Numbered from the stretch's first letter, positions 21,121 through 32,074 are shown. The stretch: DNA of 64,000 nucleotides from Vulcanimicrobiota bacterium (GCA_963695225.1 OY968762.1:2915521-2979520); one strand, 5' to 3'. Made by a program: numbers and translations. Notes: generated from the sequence alone by a model not told the origin.

Positions 21121-22926
21121 TTAGTCCGCGAGGACGTAGGCCTTTTCTCTGAACAAGCGCAGGCATGCGGCGGCAACCTGCGGGTCGTAGAGCGTGCCGG
21201 AGTTTCGCTCGATTTCCAGGAGCGCCGCGTCGATGCCGAGGCCGGGCCGGTAGGGCCGGTGCGAAGAGATCGCCTCGAATACGTCCGCGACCGCGATGAT
21301 GCGCGCCTCGAGCAGGATTTCGTCGCCGCGCAGTCCGCGCGGGTATCCGCTGCCGTCCATGCGCTCGTGGTGCTGTCGCGCGACCTCCGCGATGGGCCAC
21401 GGGGAATCGATATCGCGGAGCACGTCGTAGCCGAGTTGCGCGTGCATCTGGATCATGTTGAACTCGATCTCCGAGAGCCGCGTCGGCTTCGCCAAGATCT
21501 CGGCCGGAACCGCGATCTTTCCCACATCGTGCACGGCGCCTGCCAGGCGCAGGCCGCGCTGGAGCTCTGCGTCGAGGCCCATTTCCGCGGCGATCGCGAC
21601 CGCAAGAATGCCGACGCGACGCTCGTGCCCCGCGGTGTACGGGTCGCGCAACTCGACCAAGGTCGAAAACGAATCGATCGTGCTTTCCAGCATGCGCTCG
21701 ATCTGCGCGAGGTGGCTCCGAACGTCCGACTCGGCACGTTTGCGTTCGGTCACGTCCCTGGCGAAGATCGAGATGGCGAAGGCCGTGGAATCTCGCTTGA
21801 GGACGGTGCACGTCAACTGCAGCACGTTGGAACCGGGGAATGCAGAGTACTCGGTCGCAAACGAGCCGTCTGCGAGCGTTTTCTCGAGGAAGCCGCGCCA
21901 CGTCCGCGCCTGTTCTTCGTTCCGGAAGATATCTTCCGCACACATGCCTGGCTCGATGCGAATGCCGTGAACGCTCGAGAAATACTCCGCGAGGCTGCGG
22001 TTGAACGAAAGCAGACGGAACGACGTGGGATCGACGGAGCAGATCAGGTCGCTCGTGCTGTCGACGATCGACTTCTGGAGCGCCTGCGATTCGGCGAGCG
22101 CTTCCTGCACGCGCATGCCGTCCGTGATGTCTTCGAAGACGGTAGCGAAATGAGCCGGATGCGGGGAGATGACTGTGATGCGGAATCTCTTCCCCAAGGG
22201 AGCGAAATGGCTCTCGAACGTCCACGGTTTGCGCGTTTCCGCGACCCGAGCGTAGACATCGAGGTAAGGCGCTTCTCCGGTGCCGTAGACTTCCGAGGCA
22301 AGTTTGCCGATGACCGCGCCGCGTTTGATTCCGGTGTGGCCTTCGAACGCGGGGTTCACGTCGAGGATGACGTAATCGGCGGGCCCGCCGGATGCGTCGT
22401 AGACGACGCGGTGGAGCGCCATCCCCTCGGACATCGCGGTGAAGAGCGACCGGAATCGATCCTCGCTTTCCCTCGTCCGTTGCTGCGCGCGCCTTTGGTG
22501 CGTGATGTCCTGCAGAAGCAGATACACGCCGCGCACGTTTCCGGCTTCGTCGAGGAGCGGCGTGCCGCAAACGTTGAGCCAGAGCCGGTCTCTGATGCGC
22601 GGGTTGACGACGCCCACGACGAGGTCCTGGACGGATTGTCCGGATTGGAGGGCAGCGATGCTGAACTCGCCCTCCGCCTTGAGTGGGGAACCGTCTTCGT
22701 GGACGGCGCCCCAGCGTGCGTCGGTCCATGTGAGGCCGCGCACATCGTCGAGCGAGACGCCCAGGATCCGCTCGGCGGCGGGATTCGCTTCGGCGAGCCG
22801 CCCGCCGGCATCGAAGATGACGATGCCGAGCGGAAACGAATCGAACGGTAAACCGCTCTGTAAGCAGCTTGCCGTTCGCGCGGCGCCCGAGCCTTGGAAC
22901 ACCGGGCGTGTCGAACGCGGGGGCAT
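21121..22926 (-). CDS. multi-PAS HD-GYP cyclic dinucleotide phosphodiesterase
   Basis: About three PAS/PAC repeats, then DPYTAGHERRV, VHDVGKI, HHERMDGSGYP, ADVFEA. Confidence 0.9.
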   Translation of the reverse strand: MPPRSTRPVFQGSGAARTASCLQSGLPFDSFPLGIVIFDAGGRLAEANPAAERILGVSLDDVRGLTWTDARWGAVHEDGSPLKAEGEFSIAALQSGQSVQDLVVGVVNPRIRDRLWLNVCGTPLLDEAGNVRGVYLLLQDITHQRRAQQRTRESEDRFRSLFTAMSEGMALHRVVYDASGGPADYVILDVNPAFEGHTGIKRGAVIGKLASEVYGTGEAPYLDVYARVAETRKPWTFESHFAPLGKRFRITVISPHPAHFATVFEDITDGMRVQEALAESQALQKSIVDSTSDLICSVDPTSFRLLSFNRSLAEYFSSVHGIRIEPGMCAEDIFRNEEQARTWRGFLEKTLADGSFATEYSAFPGSNVLQLTCTVLKRDSTAFAISIFARDVTERKRAESDVRSHLAQIERMLESTIDSFSTLVELRDPYTAGHERRVGILAVAIAAEMGLDAELQRGLRLAGAVHDVGKIAVPAEILAKPTRLSEIEFNMIQMHAQLGYDVLRDIDSPWPIAEVARQHHERMDGSGYPRGLRGDEILLEARIIAVADVFEAISSHRPYRPGLGIDAALLEIERNSGTLYDPQVAAACLRLFREKAYVLAD

Positions 22927-23079
22927 TTTCGTTTGACGTCCCTCCTACGACCAGTATCGGAGTTTGCCGCCGCCGTCCTGAGCCGGCCGGCACCGGACCC
23001 GGCCGGAAAGTGCCCGAAAGGCGTCGCCGGGCTAGCCCGGCGAACGGATTCGAGAAGCCGTGAGCTTCGGAGGCGGGAT

Positions 23080-23877
23080 ATGGCTGAGGACCCACTGGTC
23101 GCATGTCTCAATAGGCAGAGCTATGCGCCGATCGAGATTCCTCACGAACGGTTCGATCCGCTCACGATCCTCGGCGGGCCATCGCCCACCGCCCTCGAGC
23201 CTTTCGGATCGCTCCAGGACATTCTCGTTCCGGGGGGCGCGCTTCCGGAGATCCTTCGCGACGACGCCGCCTCGACGTTCTCGGACCGGCGCGCCGAACG
23301 GATCGATGCGAAGTTCGGCCTAAATCTGCTCGGCAAGGTCCTCCAAGCCTTCGGCGGTTCCGGGGCGCAGGCGTCCGCCGCATACCGGCACGCGGCCGCC
23401 TTCGAATATCTGTATTCCGACGTGCTGCACGATTGCGTTTACCTGATCCCGCTACTCAAGGCGCTTAGCGAGAAGAGCGTGGAATCGGAGACGCTGGAGT
23501 CGATCGCCGGCGCGCAGTATATCTTCATCGTCACCGACACGCTCAAATCGAACAAGTTCGGGATCGTCGCGTACGACGCGGGCGGCGCGGGCATCGATCT
23601 GAGCGCGGATGCGATCGAGAACGTCTTAGGCGCGAGCGCGGGCGTGCACGCCTCCGGCGGGGAGAATCACGTCGTCACGTACAGCGGCGACAAGCACCTG
23701 CGCTTCGCGTTCCGCGCGAAGCGGCTAACGTTCGACGCGGCCGCGAAGAAGGTCACGCTCTCGTTCGCGGACGGGCCAATCGCCTCGAAGTCCTTCCGCG
23801 CCGGCAGCGCCGTGTCGCCGCCGGAGGCGTTCGACCTGCCGGCCGCCGGCGAGTACATCGGCATCGCCGAGCGCTGA
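23080..23877 (+). CDS. bacterial gasdermin (pore-forming effector), 265 aa
   Basis: GGAGG RBS before ATG 23080; size and motif order match recalled bGSDMs: DPLVxxL..Y..I.xP...xPL, GLNLLGKVLQAFGG, IFIVTDTLKSNKF, IDLSA..I, TYSG...L.FAF...RL.F, short C-terminal tail after FR. Confidence 0.82.
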   Translation: MAEDPLVACLNRQSYAPIEIPHERFDPLTILGGPSPTALEPFGSLQDILVPGGALPEILRDDAASTFSDRRAERIDAKFGLNLLGKVLQAFGGSGAQASAAYRHAAAFEYLYSDVLHDCVYLIPLLKALSEKSVESETLESIAGAQYIFIVTDTLKSNKFGIVAYDAGGAGIDLSADAIENVLGASAGVHASGGENHVVTYSGDKHLRFAFRAKRLTFDAAAKKVTLSFADGPIASKSFRAGSAVSPPEAFDLPAAGEYIGIAER

Positions 23878-23933
23878 CGCGGGCGCCCTTCAACGCGGGC
23901 ACCGGGAGGGCGATACGATCCGGGCTGGGCGCT

Positions 23934-23977
23934 AAAGAAAGGGCGGCGCCCTCTCGGGACGCCGCCTCTTCCTTCTT
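23934..23977 (-). terminator. intrinsic terminator downstream of tRNA-fMet (possibly bidirectional)
   Basis: GC hairpin GGCGGCG(T/C)CC..GGGCGCCGCC flanked by T-rich tails on both strands. Confidence 0.7.
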
Positions 23978-23984
23978 GCACGCA

Positions 23985-24061
<77 letters not shown>

Positions 24062-24074
24062 ACGGGCGACCATG

Positions 24075-24103
24075 AGTATACGGGGAGGACGCTAGTCTGT
24101 CAA
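24075..24103 (-). promoter_or_regulatory. sigma70-type promoter of tRNA-fMet
   Basis: TTGACA-17 bp-TATACT just upstream of the tRNA. Confidence 0.85.
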
Positions 24104-24116
24104 ACGCTACGAGCTC

Positions 24117-24168
24117 TATCAGCCCCAAGTAGAGATGTCCGGTTTTCCCCCAAGTAGAAATGTCCGGT
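24117..24168 (+). repeat. 21-bp direct repeat x2, probable orphan IS terminus
   Basis: CCCCAAGTAGA(G/A)ATGTCCGGT at 24123 and 24148 (25-bp period), preceded by TATCAG. Confidence 0.6.
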
Positions 24169-24292
24169 CCCTTGGCCGGAGCTACCCCTGAGTACGACCG
24201 AGCCGGCACGCCTGGCCGCTCTGCGGCACTATACGGCCGGGGGACTCACCCAAGCGGAGGTTTGCAGCGTCATGCGGGAATAGCGGCTCCCC

Positions 24293-25306
24293 ATGGAGCC
24301 TTCGCCGTTCGTCCGCGCGCTGCCGAAAGTCCAACTGCATTGCCACCTCGAGGGCACGGTCGACGCCGCCACATTTCGCGCGCTCGCGAAGCTCCACGGG
24401 GTCGAGATCGGCGCTCGCGGGAGCGGTCCGCTCGAGGAGACGTATGCGTTCGCGTCGTTTCGCGAATTCTTGCTCACGTTCGCCGACGTCTGCCGCACGC
24501 TGCGAACGCCGGACGATTTCGCGCGGATCGCGAGCGAGTACGCGCGCGGCGCGCGCGGGCAGAACGTGCGCTACGCGGAGCTGTTCGTCTCGCCGTCGGT
24601 TTGGACGTACTTTCACCGCGACCTCGACATGCGCGCGGCCGTGCGCGCGCTGCGGGAAGCGTTTGATGCGGAGGAACGCGAGGGCGGGCCGGAAGTGCGG
24701 CTCATCTGCGATCTCACGCGGAACTTCGGCGTGGAGCGCGCCGCGCTGACGGCGCGGCAGGCCGTGGAGCTCGCGGAGTTCGGCGTGATCGGCGTCGGGC
24801 TCGGCGGCGACGAGGCGGCGTATCCCCCGGAACTCTACGCCGGGCCGTTCGAGTTCGCGCGGGAACACGGACTGCGCACGGTCGCGCACGCGGGCGAAGC
24901 GGCGGGCGCCCGGAGCGTGCGGAGTGCCGTCGAGGTGCTCGGCGCGGAGCGGATCGGGCACGGCGTGCGTGCGCTGGAGGACGAGGCGCTCGTGGAGGAC
25001 CTCGCACGGCGGGGAATCGCGCTCGAGATCTGCCCCACCTCGAACCGGTTGACGGGCGCCGTTCCCGCCGGCAGCCCGCACCCGATCGGGGAGTTGGACC
25101 GGCGCGGCGTCGCCTGCGTGATCGACGCGGACGATCCGGCGCTGTTCTCTACGACGCTCGAGGCCGAGTACGCGCTGGTCGAGGCCGAACTCGGCGCCGG
25201 CGCGGTCGCGCGCTTCGCCCGGCAGGCCGTCGATAGCTCCTTCGCGCCCCCCGCCACGAAGGCTCGGCTTCTGACAGAAATGGCTTCCGTAGCGCGGAAT
25301 TATTAG
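24293..25306 (+). CDS. add: adenosine/adenine deaminase
   Basis: LPKVQLHCHLEG, HAGE, RIGHG, EICPTSN, DADDP. Confidence 0.92.
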   Translation: MEPSPFVRALPKVQLHCHLEGTVDAATFRALAKLHGVEIGARGSGPLEETYAFASFREFLLTFADVCRTLRTPDDFARIASEYARGARGQNVRYAELFVSPSVWTYFHRDLDMRAAVRALREAFDAEEREGGPEVRLICDLTRNFGVERAALTARQAVELAEFGVIGVGLGGDEAAYPPELYAGPFEFAREHGLRTVAHAGEAAGARSVRSAVEVLGAERIGHGVRALEDEALVEDLARRGIALEICPTSNRLTGAVPAGSPHPIGELDRRGVACVIDADDPALFSTTLEAEYALVEAELGAGAVARFARQAVDSSFAPPATKARLLTEMASVARNY

Positions 25307-25328
25307 GCGGACCAAGAAAGCATACATC

Positions 25329-26027
25329 ATGGCTGGCCACACCCATTTCGAAGAATCTACCGAAGAATATCTCGAGGCGATCTATCGCCTCGAACGCGAA
25401 GGCCCCGGCGTGACGACGTCGGGCATCGCCACCGAGCTCGGCGTCGCGCCTGCATCGGTTTCCGGGATGCTCAAGAAGCTCGCCTCGGAGGGCTTCATCG
25501 AGCATCAGGCGCGCGGCGGAGCGAAGCTCGCGAAGAAGGGTCTCGAGATCGCGGTTCGCGTCATTCGCCGCAACCGGCTTGCCGAATGCTTGCTCACGCA
25601 AGTGCTCGGCATGGATTGGGACGAGGTGCACACCGAGGCATGCCGTCTCGAGCACGCGATCTCGTCGCGCGTCGAAGAACGCCTCGTCGCGGTGCTGGGC
25701 GATCCGCAGGTCTGCCCGCACGGTCACCCGATCCCGCCGCTCGATCTCAGCGATCCGCCGCGCCCCGGCGTGCCGCTGGCGCAAGTCGGGCAAGGTGAGA
25801 ACGCCGTCGTGCACGGCGTGACGGAAGACTTGCCGGAAATTCTCCGCTACCTCGGCGAGTTGGGCTTGCGCCCGGGCGCGAAGGTCGAAGTGGTCGAGAA
25901 AGCTCCGCTCGGCGGCCCGGTCACGATCGGCGTCGATTCGCGGCGGCACGCGATCTCGCTCGAGCTCGCGCGAAAGATCACGGTGCTCGGACCACCGGGT
26001 GCGCACGCGGTGGAAGAACTCCCATAA
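25329..26027 (+). CDS. DtxR/MntR family metal-dependent repressor with FeoA domain
   Basis: EEYLEAIYRL, EACRLEHAIS, CPHGHPIP, C-terminal LGLRPG. Confidence 0.92.
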   Translation: MAGHTHFEESTEEYLEAIYRLEREGPGVTTSGIATELGVAPASVSGMLKKLASEGFIEHQARGGAKLAKKGLEIAVRVIRRNRLAECLLTQVLGMDWDEVHTEACRLEHAISSRVEERLVAVLGDPQVCPHGHPIPPLDLSDPPRPGVPLAQVGQGENAVVHGVTEDLPEILRYLGELGLRPGAKVEVVEKAPLGGPVTIGVDSRRHAISLELARKITVLGPPGAHAVEELP

Positions 26028-26052
26028 CCTTCGTACCGGCGCGGGCGCTCGC

Positions 26053-26715
26053 GTGAGCACTCCCGTGACCTACGCGCTCGTCGCGCTCAACGTCGCGGCG
26101 TACGTTTGGGTCGCCTTCACGGGCGGCTTCGACGTGCCGTCGCTGGTCGCGCACGGTGCGCTCGACGGGCCGCATGTCGCGAACGGCGAGTATTGGCGCA
26201 TCGTGACGGCGGCGTTCCTGCACGGCGGCCTGCTGCACATCGGGCTGAACATGTTCGCGCTCGTGCAGGTCGGCACGTACCTCGAATCGCTCGTCGGTTC
26301 GGCGCGCATGCTCGCGATCTATACGGTCGCAATGATCGGCGCCGGCGTTGCGGTCGTGATCTTCTCGCCGAACGACGTGACGGTCGGCGCGAGCGGGGCG
26401 ATCTTCGGCATCTTCGGTGCGCTCGTCGCGATCGGCTTGCGGCTCGGCGCGCGCGGACGCGGTTTGATCGCGCAGACGCTGCCGATCGTCGGGCTGAATC
26501 TCGCGTTCGGCTTCAGCACGCCGAACATTTCGAACGCCGCGCACATCGGCGGTTTGCTGAGCGGATTCGTCGCGGGGCTCGCGGTCTTCATGATGCGGCG
26601 CCCGCAAGCCGTTGCGGAGAGCGAGGCCGCCGGGGCCGAAGCATCGGATTCCGGCCTGGAAGCCCCCTCCGGCGTGGGAGCGCTCGACGGGGGCGAACCG
26701 GCGCCGCACCAATGA
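26053..26715 (+). CDS. rhomboid intramembrane serine protease
   Basis: WRIVTAAFLHGGLLHIGLNM, VGASGAIFG, AHIGG; start uncertain (25999 alternative). Confidence 0.92.
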   Translation: MSTPVTYALVALNVAAYVWVAFTGGFDVPSLVAHGALDGPHVANGEYWRIVTAAFLHGGLLHIGLNMFALVQVGTYLESLVGSARMLAIYTVAMIGAGVAVVIFSPNDVTVGASGAIFGIFGALVAIGLRLGARGRGLIAQTLPIVGLNLAFGFSTPNISNAAHIGGLLSGFVAGLAVFMMRRPQAVAESEAAGAEASDSGLEAPSGVGALDGGEPAPHQ

Positions 26716-28613
26716 GCGCGCCTCACGTCGCTTCGATCGAAGAGGTCTTCGCGCCGGAAGGTCCCGTGGCGCGGGCGCTTACGGGCTTCGAGGCGCGGCC
26801 GGGGCAAGTGCGCATGGCGCAGACGATCGAACGCGGGTTCCTCGAAGGGATGCACTCGCTCGTCGAAGCCGGGACGGGCGTCGGGAAGTCACTCGCGTAT
26901 CTGATCCCGGCGCTGCGGAGCGGCCGGAAGGTCGTCGTTTCGACCGGCACGATCGCGCTGCAGGAGCAACTCGTTCGCAAAGACATCCCGCTCGTCGTCG
27001 CGGCGCTCGGCCGCCCGGTTCGCATCGAATTGCTCAAGGGGCGCAACAACTACTTGTGCCGCGCGAAGCTGGATCGCATGCGAGCGGAGCGTCTGATCGC
27101 GCAGAGCGCCACGATGGAACGGCTTTGGCATTGGGCGGAGCGGACGACGACCGGGGATCGCGCCGAGCTCCCCTTCGTCCCGCCCGCGCTCGAATGGGAA
27201 GCGTTGGATGCCGACGGCGACGATTGCGTCGGCGAGTTCTGTGACCGTTTCCGCGATTGTCATTTCTTCGAGCGGCGCGACGCGGCGCGCTACGCGGATC
27301 TGCTCGTCGTCAACCACGCGCTGTTCTTCCTCGATCTCGCTGGCGGGGGAAGCCTGCTCCCGCCGTACGATTTCGCGATCCTCGACGAAGCGCATCAGTG
27401 CGAGCAGTGGGCGACGGCCGCGCTGACCGCGACGCTTTCGCAAGGTTCCGTCAACCGCGTGATGCGGCGCATGCATCGCAACTACGCGCTCCCGGCCGGG
27501 TACGACGCCGAAATCGACGAGGCGATGCGCGGCTTGACGGCGGCGCTCGCCCGCGTGCCGGGCGAACGGTATCCGCTCGCCGCGAACGAAACGGCGGGGC
27601 AAGCGCTCGACGCGCTCCGCAACGCGTTCTATCGGCTCGAGAACTGGCTGCACGCGAACTGGCAAGCCGCGCTCAAACGGCCGAGCCCGAACCCGGCGGA
27701 AGGCGAACGCCGCCGGGATCTCGCGATGCGCGGCATCGTCGCGCACATCGAAACGATCGAGCGGCTGGCTCGCGCCGACGAAGAGACGATCAGCTGGGTC
27801 GAACAGATCGAAGAAGGCGGGCGCTACGAAATCAACGCCGCGCCCTTCGACGTCGCGGAGTTCCTGCGCGCCTCGCTGTTCGCGCGTACGCAAAGCGTCG
27901 TGCTGACGAGCGCGACGCTGGCGGACGCGGGATCGTTCGCTTTTCTGCGGCGCACGCTCGGAATCGATGCCGCGCAAGAATACGTCGCGCCGTCGCCGTT
28001 CGATTTCGCGCGGCAGGCGTCGCTCTTTCTCGCCTCGCGAGCCTGCAATCCGAAGGCCCCGGATTTCCCCGAACGCGTCGCGCCGTTGATCGAGGAGATC
28101 CTCGATCGCACGAGAGGCCGCGCGTTCGTGTTGTTCACCTCGTACGCGCGCCTGTACGAAGTGCACGCGCTCGTGCGCGAGCGCATCGCGTTCCCCGTCA
28201 AGCTGCAAGGCGACCTCCCGCGCGGCGCGATGCTGGCGTGGTTCCGCGCGACTCCGAACGCAGTGCTGTTCGCGACGGGGACGTTCTGGGAAGGGATCGA
28301 CGTCGCGGGGGAGCAGCTCTCGTGCGTGATCATCGACCGGCTCCCGTTTCCTTCGCCGGGCGATCCGCTCGTCCGCGCGAAGCTGTCGGCGATCGAGAGC
28401 GCGGGCCGCTCGAGCTTCGATGAATACATGATCCCCTCTGCGATCGTCCGCCTCAAGCAAGGCTTCGGGCGATTGATTCGGACGAAATCCGATCGCGGGA
28501 TCGTGGCGATCCTCGACGGGCGTGCCGGTTCGACGTCGTTCGGGCGGAAGATCGTCGATGCGCTCCCGCCGGCCCGGCGCGTTACGGACCTCGGAGACTT
28601 GGAGAGCCCGTAG
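26712..28613 (+). CDS. DinG/YoaA family ATP-dependent DNA helicase
   Basis: EAGTGVGKS, LKGRNNYLC, DEAH, FWEGID, LKQGFGRLIR. Confidence 0.93.
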   Translation: MSAPHVASIEEVFAPEGPVARALTGFEARPGQVRMAQTIERGFLEGMHSLVEAGTGVGKSLAYLIPALRSGRKVVVSTGTIALQEQLVRKDIPLVVAALGRPVRIELLKGRNNYLCRAKLDRMRAERLIAQSATMERLWHWAERTTTGDRAELPFVPPALEWEALDADGDDCVGEFCDRFRDCHFFERRDAARYADLLVVNHALFFLDLAGGGSLLPPYDFAILDEAHQCEQWATAALTATLSQGSVNRVMRRMHRNYALPAGYDAEIDEAMRGLTAALARVPGERYPLAANETAGQALDALRNAFYRLENWLHANWQAALKRPSPNPAEGERRRDLAMRGIVAHIETIERLARADEETISWVEQIEEGGRYEINAAPFDVAEFLRASLFARTQSVVLTSATLADAGSFAFLRRTLGIDAAQEYVAPSPFDFARQASLFLASRACNPKAPDFPERVAPLIEEILDRTRGRAFVLFTSYARLYEVHALVRERIAFPVKLQGDLPRGAMLAWFRATPNAVLFATGTFWEGIDVAGEQLSCVIIDRLPFPSPGDPLVRAKLSAIESAGRSSFDEYMIPSAIVRLKQGFGRLIRTKSDRGIVAILDGRAGSTSFGRKIVDALPPARRVTDLGDLESP

Positions 28614-28847
28614 CAGCGTCGCGCCGCGCCGTCGAGCCGCTTCTTAATAGAGCGGCCGTCTTCACCGAGCGCGAGTTAATGACGTGCGTCACACTCCGCG
28701 AGCTCCATGCGGGGCGAGCGCCGGCCACACTTCACGCTACTCTTAGTATCACGTAGTATCGTGTAGAGTCTTTCCCAGGAGGCGGCCCATGCCGAACCGC
28801 CCGCGCGAACTGAGTTTCGACCACCGGTATACGGACCGGGCGGCTTC

Positions 28848-29429
28848 ATGCTGGCCGTGAACGGTCTCTTGCCGCTGGACGAGATCGATCGCTCGAGCCA
28901 CGAGTTGCTCGAGCATCTCGGCCGGAATTATCCGCTCACGGAAGCGCATTCGCGCGCCGTGGCCGAGCTCTGCGCGCAGATCGCGATCGAGATGTCGCTG
29001 CGCCGGCAGGACGTCGTCTTCGTCGCGCGCTGCGGGCTCGTTCACGACGTCGGCAAAGTCGTGATTCCCAAGGGGATCCTGTCCGCACCGCGCTCGCTCA
29101 CGGCGCAGGAATGGACGATCGTCAAGTCACACAGCGCCGCCGGTGCCGCGATTCTTTCCTCGATCCCGGGGCTGCGCTCGTTCGCTCCGGTCGCGCGCTC
29201 GCACCACGAGCGGCTCGACGGCACGGGCTACCCCGACGGGCTCGCGGCTTCCGAGATCGATTTGCCGACGCGCATCGTCTCGGTCGCGGATGCCTTCAAC
29301 GCGATGACCGGGAAGCGCAGCTACCGCCGCTCCCAATCGGCGCAGGAGGCCATAGAAGAACTGCGCCGCGGAATCGCGACGCAGTTCGATGGGGACGTCG
29401 TAGAAGCGATCGCTCGCGTCGTAGGTTAG
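28848..29429 (+). CDS. stand-alone HD-GYP domain protein
   Basis: HSRAVA, VHDVGK, HHERLDGTGYP, ADAFNAM. Confidence 0.88.
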   Translation: MLAVNGLLPLDEIDRSSHELLEHLGRNYPLTEAHSRAVAELCAQIAIEMSLRRQDVVFVARCGLVHDVGKVVIPKGILSAPRSLTAQEWTIVKSHSAAGAAILSSIPGLRSFAPVARSHHERLDGTGYPDGLAASEIDLPTRIVSVADAFNAMTGKRSYRRSQSAQEAIEELRRGIATQFDGDVVEAIARVVG

Positions 29430-29432
29430 TCC

Positions 29433-31403
<1,971 letters not shown>

Positions 31404-31504
31404 GGGGCTGGATTGTTATTTGTACCGAGCTTTCCACCTCCCGAAAATCACGCCCATTCTTTATCTGCGTTCTCCATATATGTGGAGCCACGCTTTCCGA
31501 GCTT

Positions 31505-31919
31505 AATGTGACCATGGAACCCAGGTAGCGTCCGGGTCGGGGCGGGGCTCCTCCGCGGGGCGTGCAGCTTGCCCGCGGAGCCAACGTGACCATGGAACCC
31601 AGGTAGCGTCCGGGTCGGGGCGGGGCTCCTCCGCGGGGCGTGCAGCTTGCCCGCGGAGCCAACGTGACCATGGAACGCAGGTAGCGTCCGGGTCGGGACG
31701 GGGTTTCCCCGCGGGGCGTGCAGCTTGCCCGCGGAGCCAACGTGACCATGGAACCCAGGTAGCGTCCGGGTCGGGGCGGGGTTCCCCCGCGGGGCGTGCA
31801 GCTTGCCCGCGGAGCCACGATGGCGGGAGCGGGCAAGTGCACGAGTAGCGATTTCGCATGGATGCGAAATCGCGGGCGTCCCCGCGGGGGAACCCCGCCC
31901 CGACCCGGACGCGGGCTAC
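31505..31919. repeat. four 78-bp tandem copies plus an inverted arm; REP/REPIN-like palindromic element
   Basis: Unit GTGACCATGG...GGAGCCAAC at 31508, 31586, 31664, 31742; 31762-31794 is the exact reverse complement of 31880-31912. Confidence 0.9.
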
Positions 31920-31995
31920 GCGGCAAAGCTCACTCGTCGACGGACTCCGGGCTGACATGGTCCGACCTGCTTTCTTGCTGTAGGCGGGCGGAAAC

Positions 31996-32025
31996 TTGAC
32001 CGATACGGAGGGGGTCTGGTACGCT
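31996..32025 (+). promoter_or_regulatory. putative sigma70 promoter of hrcA operon
   Basis: TTGACC-18 bp-TACGCT with TG extension, just upstream of CIRCE-like palindrome. Confidence 0.55.
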
Positions 32026-32034
32026 CGCATAAAT

Positions 32035-32061
32035 CTAGCAGTCTAGCCCTTTGACTGCTAA
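32035..32061. promoter_or_regulatory. variant CIRCE operator
   Basis: CTAGCAGTC-N9-GACTGCTAA versus consensus TTAGCACTC-N9-GAGTGCTAA, directly before hrcA. Confidence 0.85.
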
Positions 32062-32074
32062 CGTCCGGAAGTTA

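Noticed and set aside
22927..22972. c-di-GMP-I riboswitch-like GGCAAAC-stem-GGACG on the minus strand before the HD-GYP gene
   Set aside because: No GNRA loop and no second hairpin before the start codon; the GGAG doubles as the RBS. An Infernal search with the c-di-GMP-I model would settle it
21109..23984. HD-GYP + gasdermin as an island integrated at the tRNA-fMet 3' end
   Set aside because: No duplicated tRNA 3' end or integrase seen, and the tRNA terminator is intact; cannot be supported here
26053..26715. Rhomboid protease as the gasdermin activator
   Set aside because: Separated by tRNA, add and mntR, sits in a housekeeping run, and rhomboids cleave intramembrane substrates
31505..31817. 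Possible CRISPR array
   Set aside because: Whole 78-bp units repeat with no unique spacers, and there are no cas genes in the window
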